Shown one piece after another: positions 39,377 to 49,165 of a stretch of DNA of 64,000 nt. The notes under the pieces are model-generated. The model was not told the DNA's origin, ran no database searches, and saw nothing but the letters and a program-made list of their open reading frames with translations. Each line of letters starts with the position of its first letter. Positions within the stretch are counted from its first letter, which is position 1. The stretch lies in assembly GCA_963676835.2 (NCBI GenBank), contig CAXXFF010000002.1, forward strand, positions 1,664,001 to 1,728,000, in the 5' to 3' direction. Source of the stretch: Marispirochaeta sp. (lineage in GTDB: Bacteria > Spirochaetota > Spirochaetia > JC444 > Marispirochaetaceae). The translations under genes and the position numbers were made by a program.

Positions 39377-41434
39377 ATGAAGCACCAAAAAGCTGTATTC
39401 TTCATTGCCTTTCTACTGCTCCTGTCTCTGACTGTTCTTACCGGGCAGGAGCTTGACTGGGATTCATACCGGGGAAGCGAAGAGTTTCGATTCGGTGTTC
39501 AAGCCTATCACAACGGATTATTTGACAACGCACTTCTCTCATTTGAGCGGGCCCTCGGGTTTTCTCCCGATGACGCTGTATTCAAGGAGTGGCTCGGGCG
39601 GACCTATCACCGTCTTGGAAGCGACGCTTCTGCCCTGGCTTTATGGCGGGAGGTTCTTGATGCAGGTTATGGTTCCGCACTGCTGCAGCAGCGTATTGAT
39701 GTTATTTCTGCACAGAGAAGCCTTGAGAAGGAAAAGGCTTCTGCCGGAAGATATATTCTGGGAGAGACCCTTCAGGGCATCTTTTCCGAGTACACCCTTT
39801 TCAGCCGGCCAACCGGGATTGAAGCCTGGCGTGACGGCAGCTATTACCTTGCATCGTTTGCCCAGAACGAGGTGTATCAGTTCAATTTGAACGGAGCCCT
39901 TCAGAAAACCCTTCAGGGTGGTATCCTCGGTTTTGACAAGCCTTTTGATGTGCTGGCTTACAGCAGTGACCGGCTGTTTGTTTCCGAGTTCGGCTCCGAC
40001 CGTATATCATCCTGCAGTCCCGATGGAACTTCCCTTGAACGCTTCGGCAGCTCCGGAGGGGGCGCCGGTGAACTTTCGGGACCACAGTATCTTGCCCGGG
40101 ATGATTCCGGATATATCTATGTAACCGAAGCGGGAAACCGGCGGGTAAGTAAATTTTCACCCGACGGGGAATTTGTTCTCAGCTTCGGCAGGAGGGGGGA
40201 CGGCTTTGCCGGTTTGTCTGCGCCTTCCGGGATTGCAGTGGTTGGCAGCACAGTCTTTATTGCGGATATCCGCAGACAGGCAATCTTCTGTTTTGATCTT
40301 TCCGGTAATTTTCTGTATCAGACAGGTGATGATCTTCTTATACGTCCCGAAGGTATCTCCATTCTCGGACCTGAGCGTCTGCTTATTTCTGATGAAGAGC
40401 GGCTTATGGTCTACCATATTCCCTCCCGGTCTTACGAACTGCTTGCAGATTTTAAGGGTGAACATCGCCGTATTGTGGATGCTGTGAAGGATGTTAACGG
40501 TAATATTCTTATGAGCGATTTCAACCGTAATGAGATCGGCGTTTTAAGCGAACTTTCCGCAATGTATTCCGGCGTCTTTGTAGAAATTGAACGGATTGAT
40601 TCCGACTCCTTTCCGGAAGTGTTCATGGATGTTTCGGTACGGGACAGGTTGGGATCTCCTATTGTGGGGCTGCGGGAAAGCAATTTTATCCTCTCCGAAG
40701 GTCACGGTATGCCCGGCTCGCCCGCCCTGCTTGCCCAGGGGGACGCAATCGACGGTATAGAGGTTGCTGTAATCATCGAGCGTTCAAGCTACACCATGAA
40801 TGAGCAGGAGGAGATTGCCGCCGGGGTGGGGGAGATTTATAAGGCTCTTCCCGCGGGCAGTCGAATGCGCCTTTACTCTGCCGGTGACGTATCCGCTCTG
40901 GAAGTTCCTGCCGGCAAAGAACTGAATGACTATCTGGAGGCTGCAGGACGGGGCAGCAGCGGCGGTACAGATTTTGCCCTGCCGGAAACACTGCGTCAGG
41001 CAGCTCTTGAGCTTGCTCCTTTGAGGGGCCGGAAAATGATTGTGAGTATCGGTTCGGGAAACATGCCTCCGGAAAACGCATCCGGAATCCGACCTTCTGC
41101 GGCGTCCCTTGGAAGTCTACTGGCTACCAACGGAATCCGCTACCTGAGTATCCAGCTGGGCAGAACGCTTACGGAAACGCCATATAGTGAATCCTTCCGT
41201 TATCTGACCAGTGAGAGCGACGGGGGAATGTACGCACTCCGGCGGGCGGAAGGGATAAGCCTGGTGATTAAAGATTTCGGCACCAGGCCCACCGGACGGT
41301 ATTATCTGAAGCTTGTATCCCAGCGTGATCCGGATTATGGAAAACGCTATCTGCCTGTTGAGGTTGAAGTTTCCTACTATAACCGTACCGGACGGGATGA
41401 ACTTGGCTATTATGCAGCTCCCCCGTACAATTAA
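39377..41434 (+). CDS. Exported TPR + NHL beta-propeller + vWA-like protein (BB0236/TP0421-like)
   Basis: Signal peptide, N-terminal TPR, NHL repeats (LSGPQYLA..IYVTEAGNRRV) and a C-terminal alpha/beta domain; galK-surE-TPR context. Confidence 0.7.
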   Translation: MKHQKAVFFIAFLLLLSLTVLTGQELDWDSYRGSEEFRFGVQAYHNGLFDNALLSFERALGFSPDDAVFKEWLGRTYHRLGSDASALALWREVLDAGYGSALLQQRIDVISAQRSLEKEKASAGRYILGETLQGIFSEYTLFSRPTGIEAWRDGSYYLASFAQNEVYQFNLNGALQKTLQGGILGFDKPFDVLAYSSDRLFVSEFGSDRISSCSPDGTSLERFGSSGGGAGELSGPQYLARDDSGYIYVTEAGNRRVSKFSPDGEFVLSFGRRGDGFAGLSAPSGIAVVGSTVFIADIRRQAIFCFDLSGNFLYQTGDDLLIRPEGISILGPERLLISDEERLMVYHIPSRSYELLADFKGEHRRIVDAVKDVNGNILMSDFNRNEIGVLSELSAMYSGVFVEIERIDSDSFPEVFMDVSVRDRLGSPIVGLRESNFILSEGHGMPGSPALLAQGDAIDGIEVAVIIERSSYTMNEQEEIAAGVGEIYKALPAGSRMRLYSAGDVSALEVPAGKELNDYLEAAGRGSSGGTDFALPETLRQAALELAPLRGRKMIVSIGSGNMPPENASGIRPSAASLGSLLATNGIRYLSIQLGRTLTETPYSESFRYLTSESDGGMYALRRAEGISLVIKDFGTRPTGRYYLKLVSQRDPDYGKRYLPVEVEVSYYNRTGRDELGYYAAPPYN

Positions 41435-41744
41435 GAATATTAAAGATTGGTTTTATCGCAGGAGACTCACCTGGGAGAGCCTCTGTAATCAATGCGGTAT
41501 CTGCTGTTATGAAAAAAAAGTAGTACGCGGTAAAGCTGTTGTAGACTATGCCGCACCCTGCCCATATCTGAATACCTCTAAAATGACCTGTGCTGTATAC
41601 TCAAACCGCTTTAAAAAGTGCCGTCAGTGTCGCCCCATGACCTTGTGGCATGCCCTTTTTGCAGAGTACCTGCCCGACAGCTGTGGCTATGTGCAGCGCT
41701 ACCGCTTTTATCAAAACTGGTTTAGAAAAGGCCATTCTTCTTGA
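41412..41744 (+). CDS. YkgJ/YcgN-like CxxCxxCC cysteine-cluster protein
   Basis: WESLCNQCGICC, CPYL...CAVY..R...C and LPDSCGY motifs; start uncertain. Confidence 0.75.
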   Translation: MQLPRTIKNIKDWFYRRRLTWESLCNQCGICCYEKKVVRGKAVVDYAAPCPYLNTSKMTCAVYSNRFKKCRQCRPMTLWHALFAEYLPDSCGYVQRYRFYQNWFRKGHSS

Positions 41745-41791
41745 TTCTTCCCGCTATTATTTGCATCTTAATTGAGAAACGGAGGGTCTGA

Positions 41792-42091
41792 ATGTTTGAC
41801 TATGTTAATTTTGAGCAGAAAGACGGAAACCGCAGCGCTGGAAGCCTGAAGCTGTTTGCCTTGTCTACCTGCGGTTTTTGTAAAAAGGCCATGGCTTTTC
41901 TGGAGGAAAACAGCATTTCCTACCAGTACATATATGTGGATTCGGTGGCCGCGGAGATAAAATCCAAAATTAAAGACGAGTTTCAGCAGAAGTTCGATAA
42001 GAAAATGCTTTTTCCGTCGCTGGTTATTGATGACAAGGATTTTCTGGTCGGATTTGTCCGTTATCACTGGCAGAAACTGGTGGATGCATGA
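41792..42091 (+). CDS. Glutaredoxin/NrdH-like protein
   Basis: ALSTCGFC and FPSLVIDD motifs. Confidence 0.85.
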   Translation: MFDYVNFEQKDGNRSAGSLKLFALSTCGFCKKAMAFLEENSISYQYIYVDSVAAEIKSKIKDEFQQKFDKKMLFPSLVIDDKDFLVGFVRYHWQKLVDA

Positions 42092-42432
42092 GCAGCAGTA
42101 AAACCCCGGGAGATACACAGAAGTTTATTAAGGCGGTTGCAGACCATAAAGGCTGGATACTGAACCGTGACAGTGAGTATATCGAGTTTCTTGTTAACGG
42201 ACTGACGGTTAATCATGAACGTTACGGGTTTTACCAGTGTCCCTGCCGTGATTCCTACGGGGATAAGGTAAAGGATAAGGATATCCATTGTCCCTGTGAG
42301 TATGCCGCTGCGGATATACAGGAGTACGGCCAGTGTTTCTGCGGTCTTTTTCTTGATGCGGATTATTACTCAAGCCATGAGGATGTGGACGGAATCCCTG
42401 AGCGCCGTCCGGATGAGCTCTTTCCGGACTAA
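42088..42432 (+). CDS. Ferredoxin:thioredoxin reductase catalytic-subunit family
   Basis: CPCR, CPC and CFCGLF motifs. Confidence 0.88.
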   Translation: MSSSKTPGDTQKFIKAVADHKGWILNRDSEYIEFLVNGLTVNHERYGFYQCPCRDSYGDKVKDKDIHCPCEYAAADIQEYGQCFCGLFLDADYYSSHEDVDGIPERRPDELFPD

Positions 42433-43100
42433 CCGTTTTCGTTGATCAGTTCTATGGTTCCCCGGGAAAGGTTCTTGCGCAGGATTCCTTCATAGAAAAG
42501 ATATCTGCCGTCTCCTGAGCGGAGGAGGTAGAGCCCCTTCCAGAACTTGGCAAGCCAGTTGTTTATGCTTATTTCAACTTCCACGGCTTTTTCCCGTATT
42601 CCGTGAACTGTTATTGTTTTCTCTTCTTTACGAACCGCCCGTAAGGAGCTGAGTTTAAGATTCTGGGGCTGGATGAACCAGAAGGAGCGTTCTGTCTCTT
42701 CCCGGGTAACAAACTCTTCCATACCGAAAGGAAAAATCTGGTGCCAGGGCGAATCATCCTTTATCTGATACTCTTCTGTTTTTGTCCGGCGGCCCTTTTC
42801 CTGTATAAGACTAATCCTGTTTCCGTCTCTTGAGGCTTCTATGTAGAGGTCTTCAGCGTAATTCTGAAAGTACCAGCTTTGAGTATCACCTTCTGCATCC
42901 ACCACAATATGTTCCACACTCAGTACTGTTTCATCCAGGGTCTTTGTGAGGGTGTACTCCTTACGGCCATTGGCTTCGTTAATGGAAAGGGTTAGATCCG
43001 TGCAGTCTCCGTCAAGATTCTCATGGTAGAGAAGGTTGTCCCCGTATAGCAGCGTTCCAAGTGATATAAAAATGAGCAGGATTAAGGAAATCTTAGGCAT
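42429..43100 (-). CDS. Exported hypothetical protein
   Basis: Signal peptide MPKISLILLIF...; start set by the adjacent promoter (ORF track gives 43124). Confidence 0.65.
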   Translation of the reverse strand: MPKISLILLIFISLGTLLYGDNLLYHENLDGDCTDLTLSINEANGRKEYTLTKTLDETVLSVEHIVVDAEGDTQSWYFQNYAEDLYIEASRDGNRISLIQEKGRRTKTEEYQIKDDSPWHQIFPFGMEEFVTREETERSFWFIQPQNLKLSSLRAVRKEEKTITVHGIREKAVEVEISINNWLAKFWKGLYLLRSGDGRYLFYEGILRKNLSRGTIELINENG

Positions 43101-43106
43101 AGGCGT

Positions 43107-43135
43107 ATAGTAAAAGAGGTCCATATAAGTGTCAA
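43107..43135 (-). promoter_or_regulatory. Sigma70 promoter, leaderless geometry
   Basis: TTGACA-N17-TACTAT-N6-ATG. Confidence 0.7.
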
Positions 43136-43194
43136 TTGCAGTCAGCAGGCAGATCTATCTATATGAGTTACGAGGGAGTGAATTAACAGAAAAC

Positions 43195-43890
43195 TCATCG
43201 TTCAAGCTTGAAGGTAAAGTCCTTGATGATTTTTATCGCTTTACCGGGAGGCTCGAAGCTCCAGGATGAGATTACCGTGTCGATAACCGTGCGGTCCAGG
43301 ATGGGATATCCGGAAGAGCGCTGAACCTCCACTGCGGTAATGGACCCGTCTTCCGCAATGGAGATAAGGGCCCGGACGGTGCCTTCGTAGCCGAAGCGCC
43401 TGGCAGCATCCGGATATTGGGGTACATCAAGCACCCGGCCCCGGGTAAGGCCCTGCCACGTGATTGGTGCTGCTGCGGGTGACGCTTCGGATGTGCTGTT
43501 GTTCCCTGCGGATGCCTGCATTGTATCTGTTGATTCTGCTGCCGGAGCTTCTGCTGCAACTTTATTCTGTAGAGAAGCATTTTCCGTCAGAGACTGCTGT
43601 TCTGGTTCCGGGTTCTCGGGTTGTGCTGTCTCTGCCGGGGGAGGCTCCGATACAGGCCTTTTTTCTCTCATCGGCTGCTCCGCCTGTTTCGGAACTGCAG
43701 GTGCAGATACCTCCGGCGGCAGTACTCTGAGTTTTATTTCAGGGAACCGTGGTACTTCTATGGCGTTCTGAGGTGACTGCAGCTGTACCAGGATATAAAG
43801 AGTGATGCCTGCTCCATGGAGGAGCAGGGAGAGCGTCCATGCGGTAAGCGAGGTTCTATTCGACAACAAGGTACGGAGTTTGTGGACCAT
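43195..43890 (-). CDS. tonB: Energy transducer TonB
   Basis: SLLLH TM, Pro/Ala-rich linker, and YPDAARRFGYEGTV...SSGYPILD...WSFEP. Confidence 0.9.
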   Translation of the reverse strand: MVHKLRTLLSNRTSLTAWTLSLLLHGAGITLYILVQLQSPQNAIEVPRFPEIKLRVLPPEVSAPAVPKQAEQPMREKRPVSEPPPAETAQPENPEPEQQSLTENASLQNKVAAEAPAAESTDTMQASAGNNSTSEASPAAAPITWQGLTRGRVLDVPQYPDAARRFGYEGTVRALISIAEDGSITAVEVQRSSGYPILDRTVIDTVISSWSFEPPGKAIKIIKDFTFKLER

Positions 43891-44953
43891 CTGATGCGGA
43901 TAAGTCTACCTGACTGTAGCTGTTTTGTGTATCCAGGAGCATTATGGAATCGCCGCCGAAGTTGGCTACCACTAAAAGCCCTGTACTACTGTCATAAACT
44001 GCACCGGCATAAAGGTCCGTCTGGGGGTTCGAGAGAGATTTCAGATGATGGTCTGCAGGCAGGGACGGTGTTGCCGCATCGTAATAGTCCAGGCCGTAGG
44101 TTCCGGTAAGGTAGACAAAGCCTGTGTCAGAGTTATATGCGCCGGTGTTGTATGCAGGTGAACCGCCCACTGCAAGTCTTGTAATTTCGGATATGGAAGC
44201 CGGAGAAGCCGGAGTGGAAATATCCAGAACCAGGATTTCACCATCATCATCGGACTGGCCGCCGCTGAGATAAACATGCAGCTCGTCCGCAGAAGGGAAT
44301 CCCAGGCATGTCTGGGGGTTGCTTCCTGTACCGGTAGCGTAGGAACCAATATAGCTGTAGGGGGAGACTGCGCTGAAAACGGAAACTGACCCATCGCCGA
44401 TGGTACTGCCGGTATTCGCGCTATTACAGATATAGAGATAATCGCCGACTACGGTTCCGTCCTGGGGCCGGTTAAGACTGAAGGCATCATCCTTGAGTGT
44501 CGCAGTAAGCTCCAGGGTTGCGAGGTTTATAACGGAAATTGAATTGTCCACATAGTTCGGCACAAATGCGGTTGTCGGTTCTGATGCGGAACCGGTAATA
44601 ATGGAGTAGGGGTTTTTCCCTGCACCCAAGTAAATGTTATCGGTGTTTTCAAAGGTTGATTCATTAACAACCTGTATAGTGTTGTCTGTGCTGCAGACAA
44701 TAAAGAGCTGGTCGTTGTAGAACAGCATATCATTGGGAACTGCCCCGGTAAGGAAGACGTTGTTGTAAAGGGTTTGTGTATCCGGATGCAGTACTGAGAC
44801 TGTTTCCGCCAGATTGTTGAGAATAAATATTTCGCGGGATTTATCTTCAAAGCTTCTGCTTCCGTATTCAGTCTCGGGGGTGCAGCTTTGAATAAGCGGA
44901 AAGATGATCAGTAGAAGAAGGCTGAGAACAATAAAAGGATTCTTAAAACGCAT
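43856..44953 (-). CDS. YncE-like beta-propeller lipoprotein (BtuG-like position)
   Basis: Lipobox LIQS-C; repeats such as TGAVPNDM, LGAGKNPY, TGTGSNPQ and VGGSP. Confidence 0.7.
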   Translation of the reverse strand: MRFKNPFIVLSLLLLIIFPLIQSCTPETEYGSRSFEDKSREIFILNNLAETVSVLHPDTQTLYNNVFLTGAVPNDMLFYNDQLFIVCSTDNTIQVVNESTFENTDNIYLGAGKNPYSIITGSASEPTTAFVPNYVDNSISVINLATLELTATLKDDAFSLNRPQDGTVVGDYLYICNSANTGSTIGDGSVSVFSAVSPYSYIGSYATGTGSNPQTCLGFPSADELHVYLSGGQSDDDGEILVLDISTPASPASISEITRLAVGGSPAYNTGAYNSDTGFVYLTGTYGLDYYDAATPSLPADHHLKSLSNPQTDLYAGAVYDSSTGLLVVANFGGDSIMLLDTQNSYSQVDLSASDGPQTPYLVVE

Positions 44954-47057
44954 AACGGAGCTCCATGCTGAGTTCTATTCCGGGAACCGGATACTCCCGT
45001 ATATCCACATAGGCGATATTGAAGAGGTTTGTGCCGCTTAACACGAAATCGAGGTTGTCCCTAACCGCAATTGTTGCCGAGGCATCGGTAATAAAACAGG
45101 GATCGTACCATTTGGTGTTGGCAGCGGTTATGTAGCGGAGGCCTATGTAGCGGCCTTCCAGCCGCAGGGAATGCCCTTTCGTTGTTGTCAGGGTTGCGGT
45201 TGAGTTGGCTGTCCATACCGGTTTTCGGGGGATTATCTTGCCGTAGGTGGCGGTGCCTTCGGTACGGTCTTCTGCGTGGAGCCAGGTGCCGTTGGCGGTG
45301 AGTTCAAGGTAGGAATCAATCGCGGGCAGATCCAAAAGGCTGCGTACTTCGGACTCTATGCCCCAGAAGCGGCTGCTGCCGATATTGATGGGCCGCCATT
45401 TGCCGTTGGGGCCGGGGTTCCACTGAATAAGGTTGGTAACTTGACGGTAAAACCCGGCGGCTTCGATCTTTAAAAAAGGCAGGGGCTGCATCAGCACGCC
45501 GCCGTCTGCATACCAGGACTCTTCCGGTTTCAGATCGGGATTGCCCGTGGCAAAGGAGGTGGATGGCCAGAAGAGGTCGTCGAAGGAGGGGGCACGGTAG
45601 GCGGTTCCTCCGCTTGCTTTCAGGGTATATTTCTCGTCCCTGTCCAGAGGGGACAGGATTCCCATTTTCCAGGTTGCCTGAGTCCCTGAGGAGGATTCTG
45701 CTGTTGTATAGCCGTCGATAGCCCAGCTGTCGACTCTGACTGCGGGAAAGAGGGCCAGCCTGCACACATCTGAATCTGCAAAAGGAAAGAACCGCAGCTC
45801 TCCCCGGCTGAAGCCTGCGTTACGGATCCGGGTAACGCCGGAGTCGGAGAACTCGCTGCCCCCGGTATCGGTAAAGGAGGTGGAGTCCAGGGTATCCAGG
45901 CGAAAGCTGTATCCGCTTAAAAGGGATGCGGCCCAGCGTGTAAAGGAGAACTGCTGTTCGTAGCGGCTTTCTCCTTCAAAGGCCAGGTTCTCGTGCCGGT
46001 CGTCTATGGGGCCGAGATAAAAGTCCGGGTCTTCGTATTCCCGCACCTGCCGGGTAAAGCTGAGAGTCCCGGTGATATCTCCCCAGCTGTTGAGCCAGCT
46101 TGTTTCCACTGATCCGGTTTCCCGTTCGTCCGCCATGCGGGCGGTAACCGAGGGAAACTCCACGGTGCCGGGAACGCCTTTGTCGTCGAAATAGACGGAG
46201 GAATCAACTGCGATGTTCAGGTTCTCCAGAGGGGAAACATGCATAGAGGCTGCTGCACCGCCCTGGAGGACATCGGCGTTCTCTCGTTCCAGGGTGCCGA
46301 AGTTCTCATCCTCAAAGCTGTAGTTGCCGTCACTGGTTAAGCCGTGGATGGATAGGCTGCCTCCGAGGGTTTCATCCTGGTTACTGCTGGAAAGAGAAAC
46401 GGACCCGAAAGCGGTGTTCTGGGATGCGTAACCTCCGCGGGCACTGCCGGAGAAAATATCCGGTTCCGGGGATTTTGTTATCACGTTGATAACGCCCCCC
46501 ACGGCATTTTCGCCGTAAACAGCAGAATCCCCGCCGCGGTAGATTTCGATGCGTTCGATGATATCGGGATTGATGGTGGAGAGGTCCGCGCCGCCTCCCT
46601 GGGCGGTGTTGATGCGTTTGCCGTTAAGGAGAACCAGTACCTGTTCCGCTGAAGATCCACGAATAGAGACTAATGCGGATGAACCGGTGCCGCCGTAGCG
46701 GGTAAGGGATACGCCCAGTGCCGGTTCCAGTACCTCCGTCAGGGTCTTCGGGGCTGAGGCTGCAATTTCCTCTGCGGTTATTACCGTCATCTGCCCGGGC
46801 AGGGAACGGGGATCGGGAGCGTCGATGCGGGCTTTGATGATTATTTCCTGGGGCTGTGACGAATCTTCTTCTTCATCGTTTGCTGAAGGGCTCGTCTCAA
46901 GTGTTTCCGTATCGTCAATGATTATAAAGGCTTCTTCCCCGTCGTCGACGATAATGGTTTCCTGGGCGTAGACGGTGCCGGGGACTATAAAAATAGAGAG
47001 AGTAAGAAGTGTAGAAAAAGCCCGGCAGAATAATGTCATTCTTAAATTAATTTCCAA
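44943..47057 (-). CDS. btuB: TonB-dependent receptor, cobalamin (BtuB-like)
   Basis: Plug motifs SIRGSSAEQVLVLLNG and IERIEIYRG..SAVYGENAVGGVINVIT; GNPDLKPE; C-terminal F; downstream of a cobalamin riboswitch. Confidence 0.8.
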   Translation of the reverse strand: MEINLRMTLFCRAFSTLLTLSIFIVPGTVYAQETIIVDDGEEAFIIIDDTETLETSPSANDEEEDSSQPQEIIIKARIDAPDPRSLPGQMTVITAEEIAASAPKTLTEVLEPALGVSLTRYGGTGSSALVSIRGSSAEQVLVLLNGKRINTAQGGGADLSTINPDIIERIEIYRGGDSAVYGENAVGGVINVITKSPEPDIFSGSARGGYASQNTAFGSVSLSSSNQDETLGGSLSIHGLTSDGNYSFEDENFGTLERENADVLQGGAAASMHVSPLENLNIAVDSSVYFDDKGVPGTVEFPSVTARMADERETGSVETSWLNSWGDITGTLSFTRQVREYEDPDFYLGPIDDRHENLAFEGESRYEQQFSFTRWAASLLSGYSFRLDTLDSTSFTDTGGSEFSDSGVTRIRNAGFSRGELRFFPFADSDVCRLALFPAVRVDSWAIDGYTTAESSSGTQATWKMGILSPLDRDEKYTLKASGGTAYRAPSFDDLFWPSTSFATGNPDLKPEESWYADGGVLMQPLPFLKIEAAGFYRQVTNLIQWNPGPNGKWRPINIGSSRFWGIESEVRSLLDLPAIDSYLELTANGTWLHAEDRTEGTATYGKIIPRKPVWTANSTATLTTTKGHSLRLEGRYIGLRYITAANTKWYDPCFITDASATIAVRDNLDFVLSGTNLFNIAYVDIREYPVPGIELSMELRYAF

Positions 47058-47961
47058 TCATGCTGAGATCAACAGCACCGCTGATTTCAGGAGATACTTC
47101 GTTGAGCATTCCTGCAATGAGGAATATTCCGCTCTGGATTTTAATAAAACGGATAGAATCAAGGACTACCGGATTCCCTGAGGAATCAACTGCATCATCA
47201 ATATCAAAACGGTTTGCGCTCCGGTAGGAGGATCCGAAGGGGAGTGCGGCATCCAGATCGGTTCCGCTGTAATTCTCTGCATAGCCTTCGGTAAACAGGC
47301 TGTCATAGTCTACCCAGATGTCATCAGCGTTAAGATACTTGCTGTCCGGCAGTTTTACACCGTTAAGGGTTATTTCGGTGGCACTGCCGTAGCCGTCCCA
47401 CCACCATCCGGCGGATACACTGCTTTCGGGGTATCCGGGGACAAGCTCCACTCCTGTATTGCCCTGGTTGTCTGTCCAGGTGATGTTGGAACTGTCATAG
47501 GCGGGTTGTGAATAGGTAACCTGGTAATCCTGTATGTAGCCTGTTTGGCCGGTTTCGCTGCCCGCAAGTTCGTACCACGGTTCTTCCGGGTCGGGATATC
47601 CGTTGCTGTTGGTATCCTGTTTTACGAAGACAGCAGCCGGTTCATTTCCGGTTCCTGGTTGTGTATAGACAGCAAAATCATACCCAGTGACATTGCTTAT
47701 ATCGTGATCGAAGCCGGCTTCTATAAAACCACCCCAACCGCCGAGCATTACATAGGACGAAGATGTGCCGATGAACTTTGCCATCTGTTCTTCTTTTGTT
47801 CCTATTGTTGAAGCATGCTGTCCTGGACCGTAAGTGTAGTCGTAGACGGTGCTTATGTAGGGAGAATCACCAGAGCTGGAAGAGCTTGCATTTTCGCAGG
47901 AACTTATAACGAGGGGGACGAGAAGAAATAACAGCGGGATGGAAAATGTAAATCTTCGCAT
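47047..47961 (-). CDS. Surface lipoprotein resembling Bacteroidota B12-locus cell-surface proteins
   Basis: Lipobox VISS-C; YTYGPGQH, LGGWGGFIEAGFDHDI.N..GYDF, EP..VFVKQD.N.NG.PD..WYELAGSE and FDIDDAVD..G..V.L..IRFIK motifs. Confidence 0.65.
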   Translation of the reverse strand: MRRFTFSIPLLFLLVPLVISSCENASSSSSGDSPYISTVYDYTYGPGQHASTIGTKEEQMAKFIGTSSSYVMLGGWGGFIEAGFDHDISNVTGYDFAVYTQPGTGNEPAAVFVKQDTNSNGYPDPEEPWYELAGSETGQTGYIQDYQVTYSQPAYDSSNITWTDNQGNTGVELVPGYPESSVSAGWWWDGYGSATEITLNGVKLPDSKYLNADDIWVDYDSLFTEGYAENYSGTDLDAALPFGSSYRSANRFDIDDAVDSSGNPVVLDSIRFIKIQSGIFLIAGMLNEVSPEISGAVDLSMIGN

Positions 47962-48029
47962 AAAAATACCTTTTAAAGCAGATATCCCGACCACCTGCCA
48001 CGGGTACGGGATACCATACTTTTGGAGAG

Positions 48030-49076
48030 TTATTGCCGTTCCGCTCCGTTGGAGCTGTAATCGAAGTAACCGTCTGCATAGGTTACGCTGCTTTCTGCCT
48101 CAGATGCTGTATCAAAAACAGTATTAGGCCAGGTCCCTGCATCAGCCGGGGTTGCATCTTTATATCCCTGGGTAAAATCCATGGTTAGACTGTCGGTTGC
48201 ATTCTGTACCCAGCGAAAAACCTGGTATTTACCTACTTCTCCTGTACCAGTACTATCGACTTCGGTGAACTGGATTACCGCATATCCGGGATCATTGGTG
48301 GAAGATGACTGTCCTGAAAAAGTTGTTTCTGATGCATTGAGTCCGCTATTGGAATAGCTGACAATATCAGCTTTGAAGACTGTTGCGGCACCTGAACCGT
48401 AGTCTGTGGAGTATTCAATTGTGGAATCGGTAATAACCCAGTACTCAGTGCCGTAAGTTCCTGCCAGTTCCCAGGATCCTTCTGCCCGGATAATTTCTTC
48501 AGCACCTTCAGAAGCTGCCCCGAAAAAGCCGTTGGTGTTTGTTACGTTCTGTATAGCTTCTGCAGCTGTGTCATACACTGTGTTTGGCCAGGTCCCCGCA
48601 TCATCCGGGGTGGCATCTTTGTAGCCCTGGGTGAAGTCCTTGTCGGCTGAATCAGACTGGTTCTCCGCCCAGCGAAAAATTTGGTATTTACCTACTTCCC
48701 CGTCTCCTGTCGTAGCAACTTCAGTAAACTGAATTACTGCATAGCCCAGTCCAGTTGTTGAAGAGCTAACAGACGATGTAATTGATGTATCGCCGGCGTT
48801 AAGCCCGGTGTTTGAAAAACTAATAATGTCTGCTTTGTAATTAGTGCTGAACCCTGATCCCCAATCGGATAGATACTCGATGGTGGATTCGGTTATTACC
48901 CATTTCTCAGTTCCATATGCCCCTGTTAATTCCCATATACCTTCGGCTGCTATGGTTGCTGTTGTTCCGCCACCGCTTCCGGCTCCGGTATCCTGACATC
49001 CGCTCAAGAGCGAGACAAAGGCCACCATGGCCACTAACACTGAGATTTTTAAAAACTTTCCTGTAAGGTTTTTCAT
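48030..49076 (-). CDS. Lipoprotein with two tandem ~150-aa domains of unknown family
   Basis: Lipobox LLSG-C27; aa 44-195 and aa 198-348 share GYAVIQFTEV, GEVGKYQ.FRW and DFTQGYKDATP.DAGTWPNTV. Confidence 0.85.
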   Translation of the reverse strand: MKNLTGKFLKISVLVAMVAFVSLLSGCQDTGAGSGGGTTATIAAEGIWELTGAYGTEKWVITESTIEYLSDWGSGFSTNYKADIISFSNTGLNAGDTSITSSVSSSTTGLGYAVIQFTEVATTGDGEVGKYQIFRWAENQSDSADKDFTQGYKDATPDDAGTWPNTVYDTAAEAIQNVTNTNGFFGAASEGAEEIIRAEGSWELAGTYGTEYWVITDSTIEYSTDYGSGAATVFKADIVSYSNSGLNASETTFSGQSSSTNDPGYAVIQFTEVDSTGTGEVGKYQVFRWVQNATDSLTMDFTQGYKDATPADAGTWPNTVFDTASEAESSVTYADGYFDYSSNGAERQ

Positions 49077-49165
49077 GTTTCTTCCCCTTGGGGCAGAAGA
49101 AGCGGGGCTGCGGCGAGCTTGAATTTAACGGCAGGCTGTTCTATTCAGAAGGCATCGCCCATTCC

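Noticed and set aside
42429..43100. Sixth gene of the B12 operon
   Set aside because: It has its own near-consensus promoter at 43107-43135; read-through is possible but unsupported.
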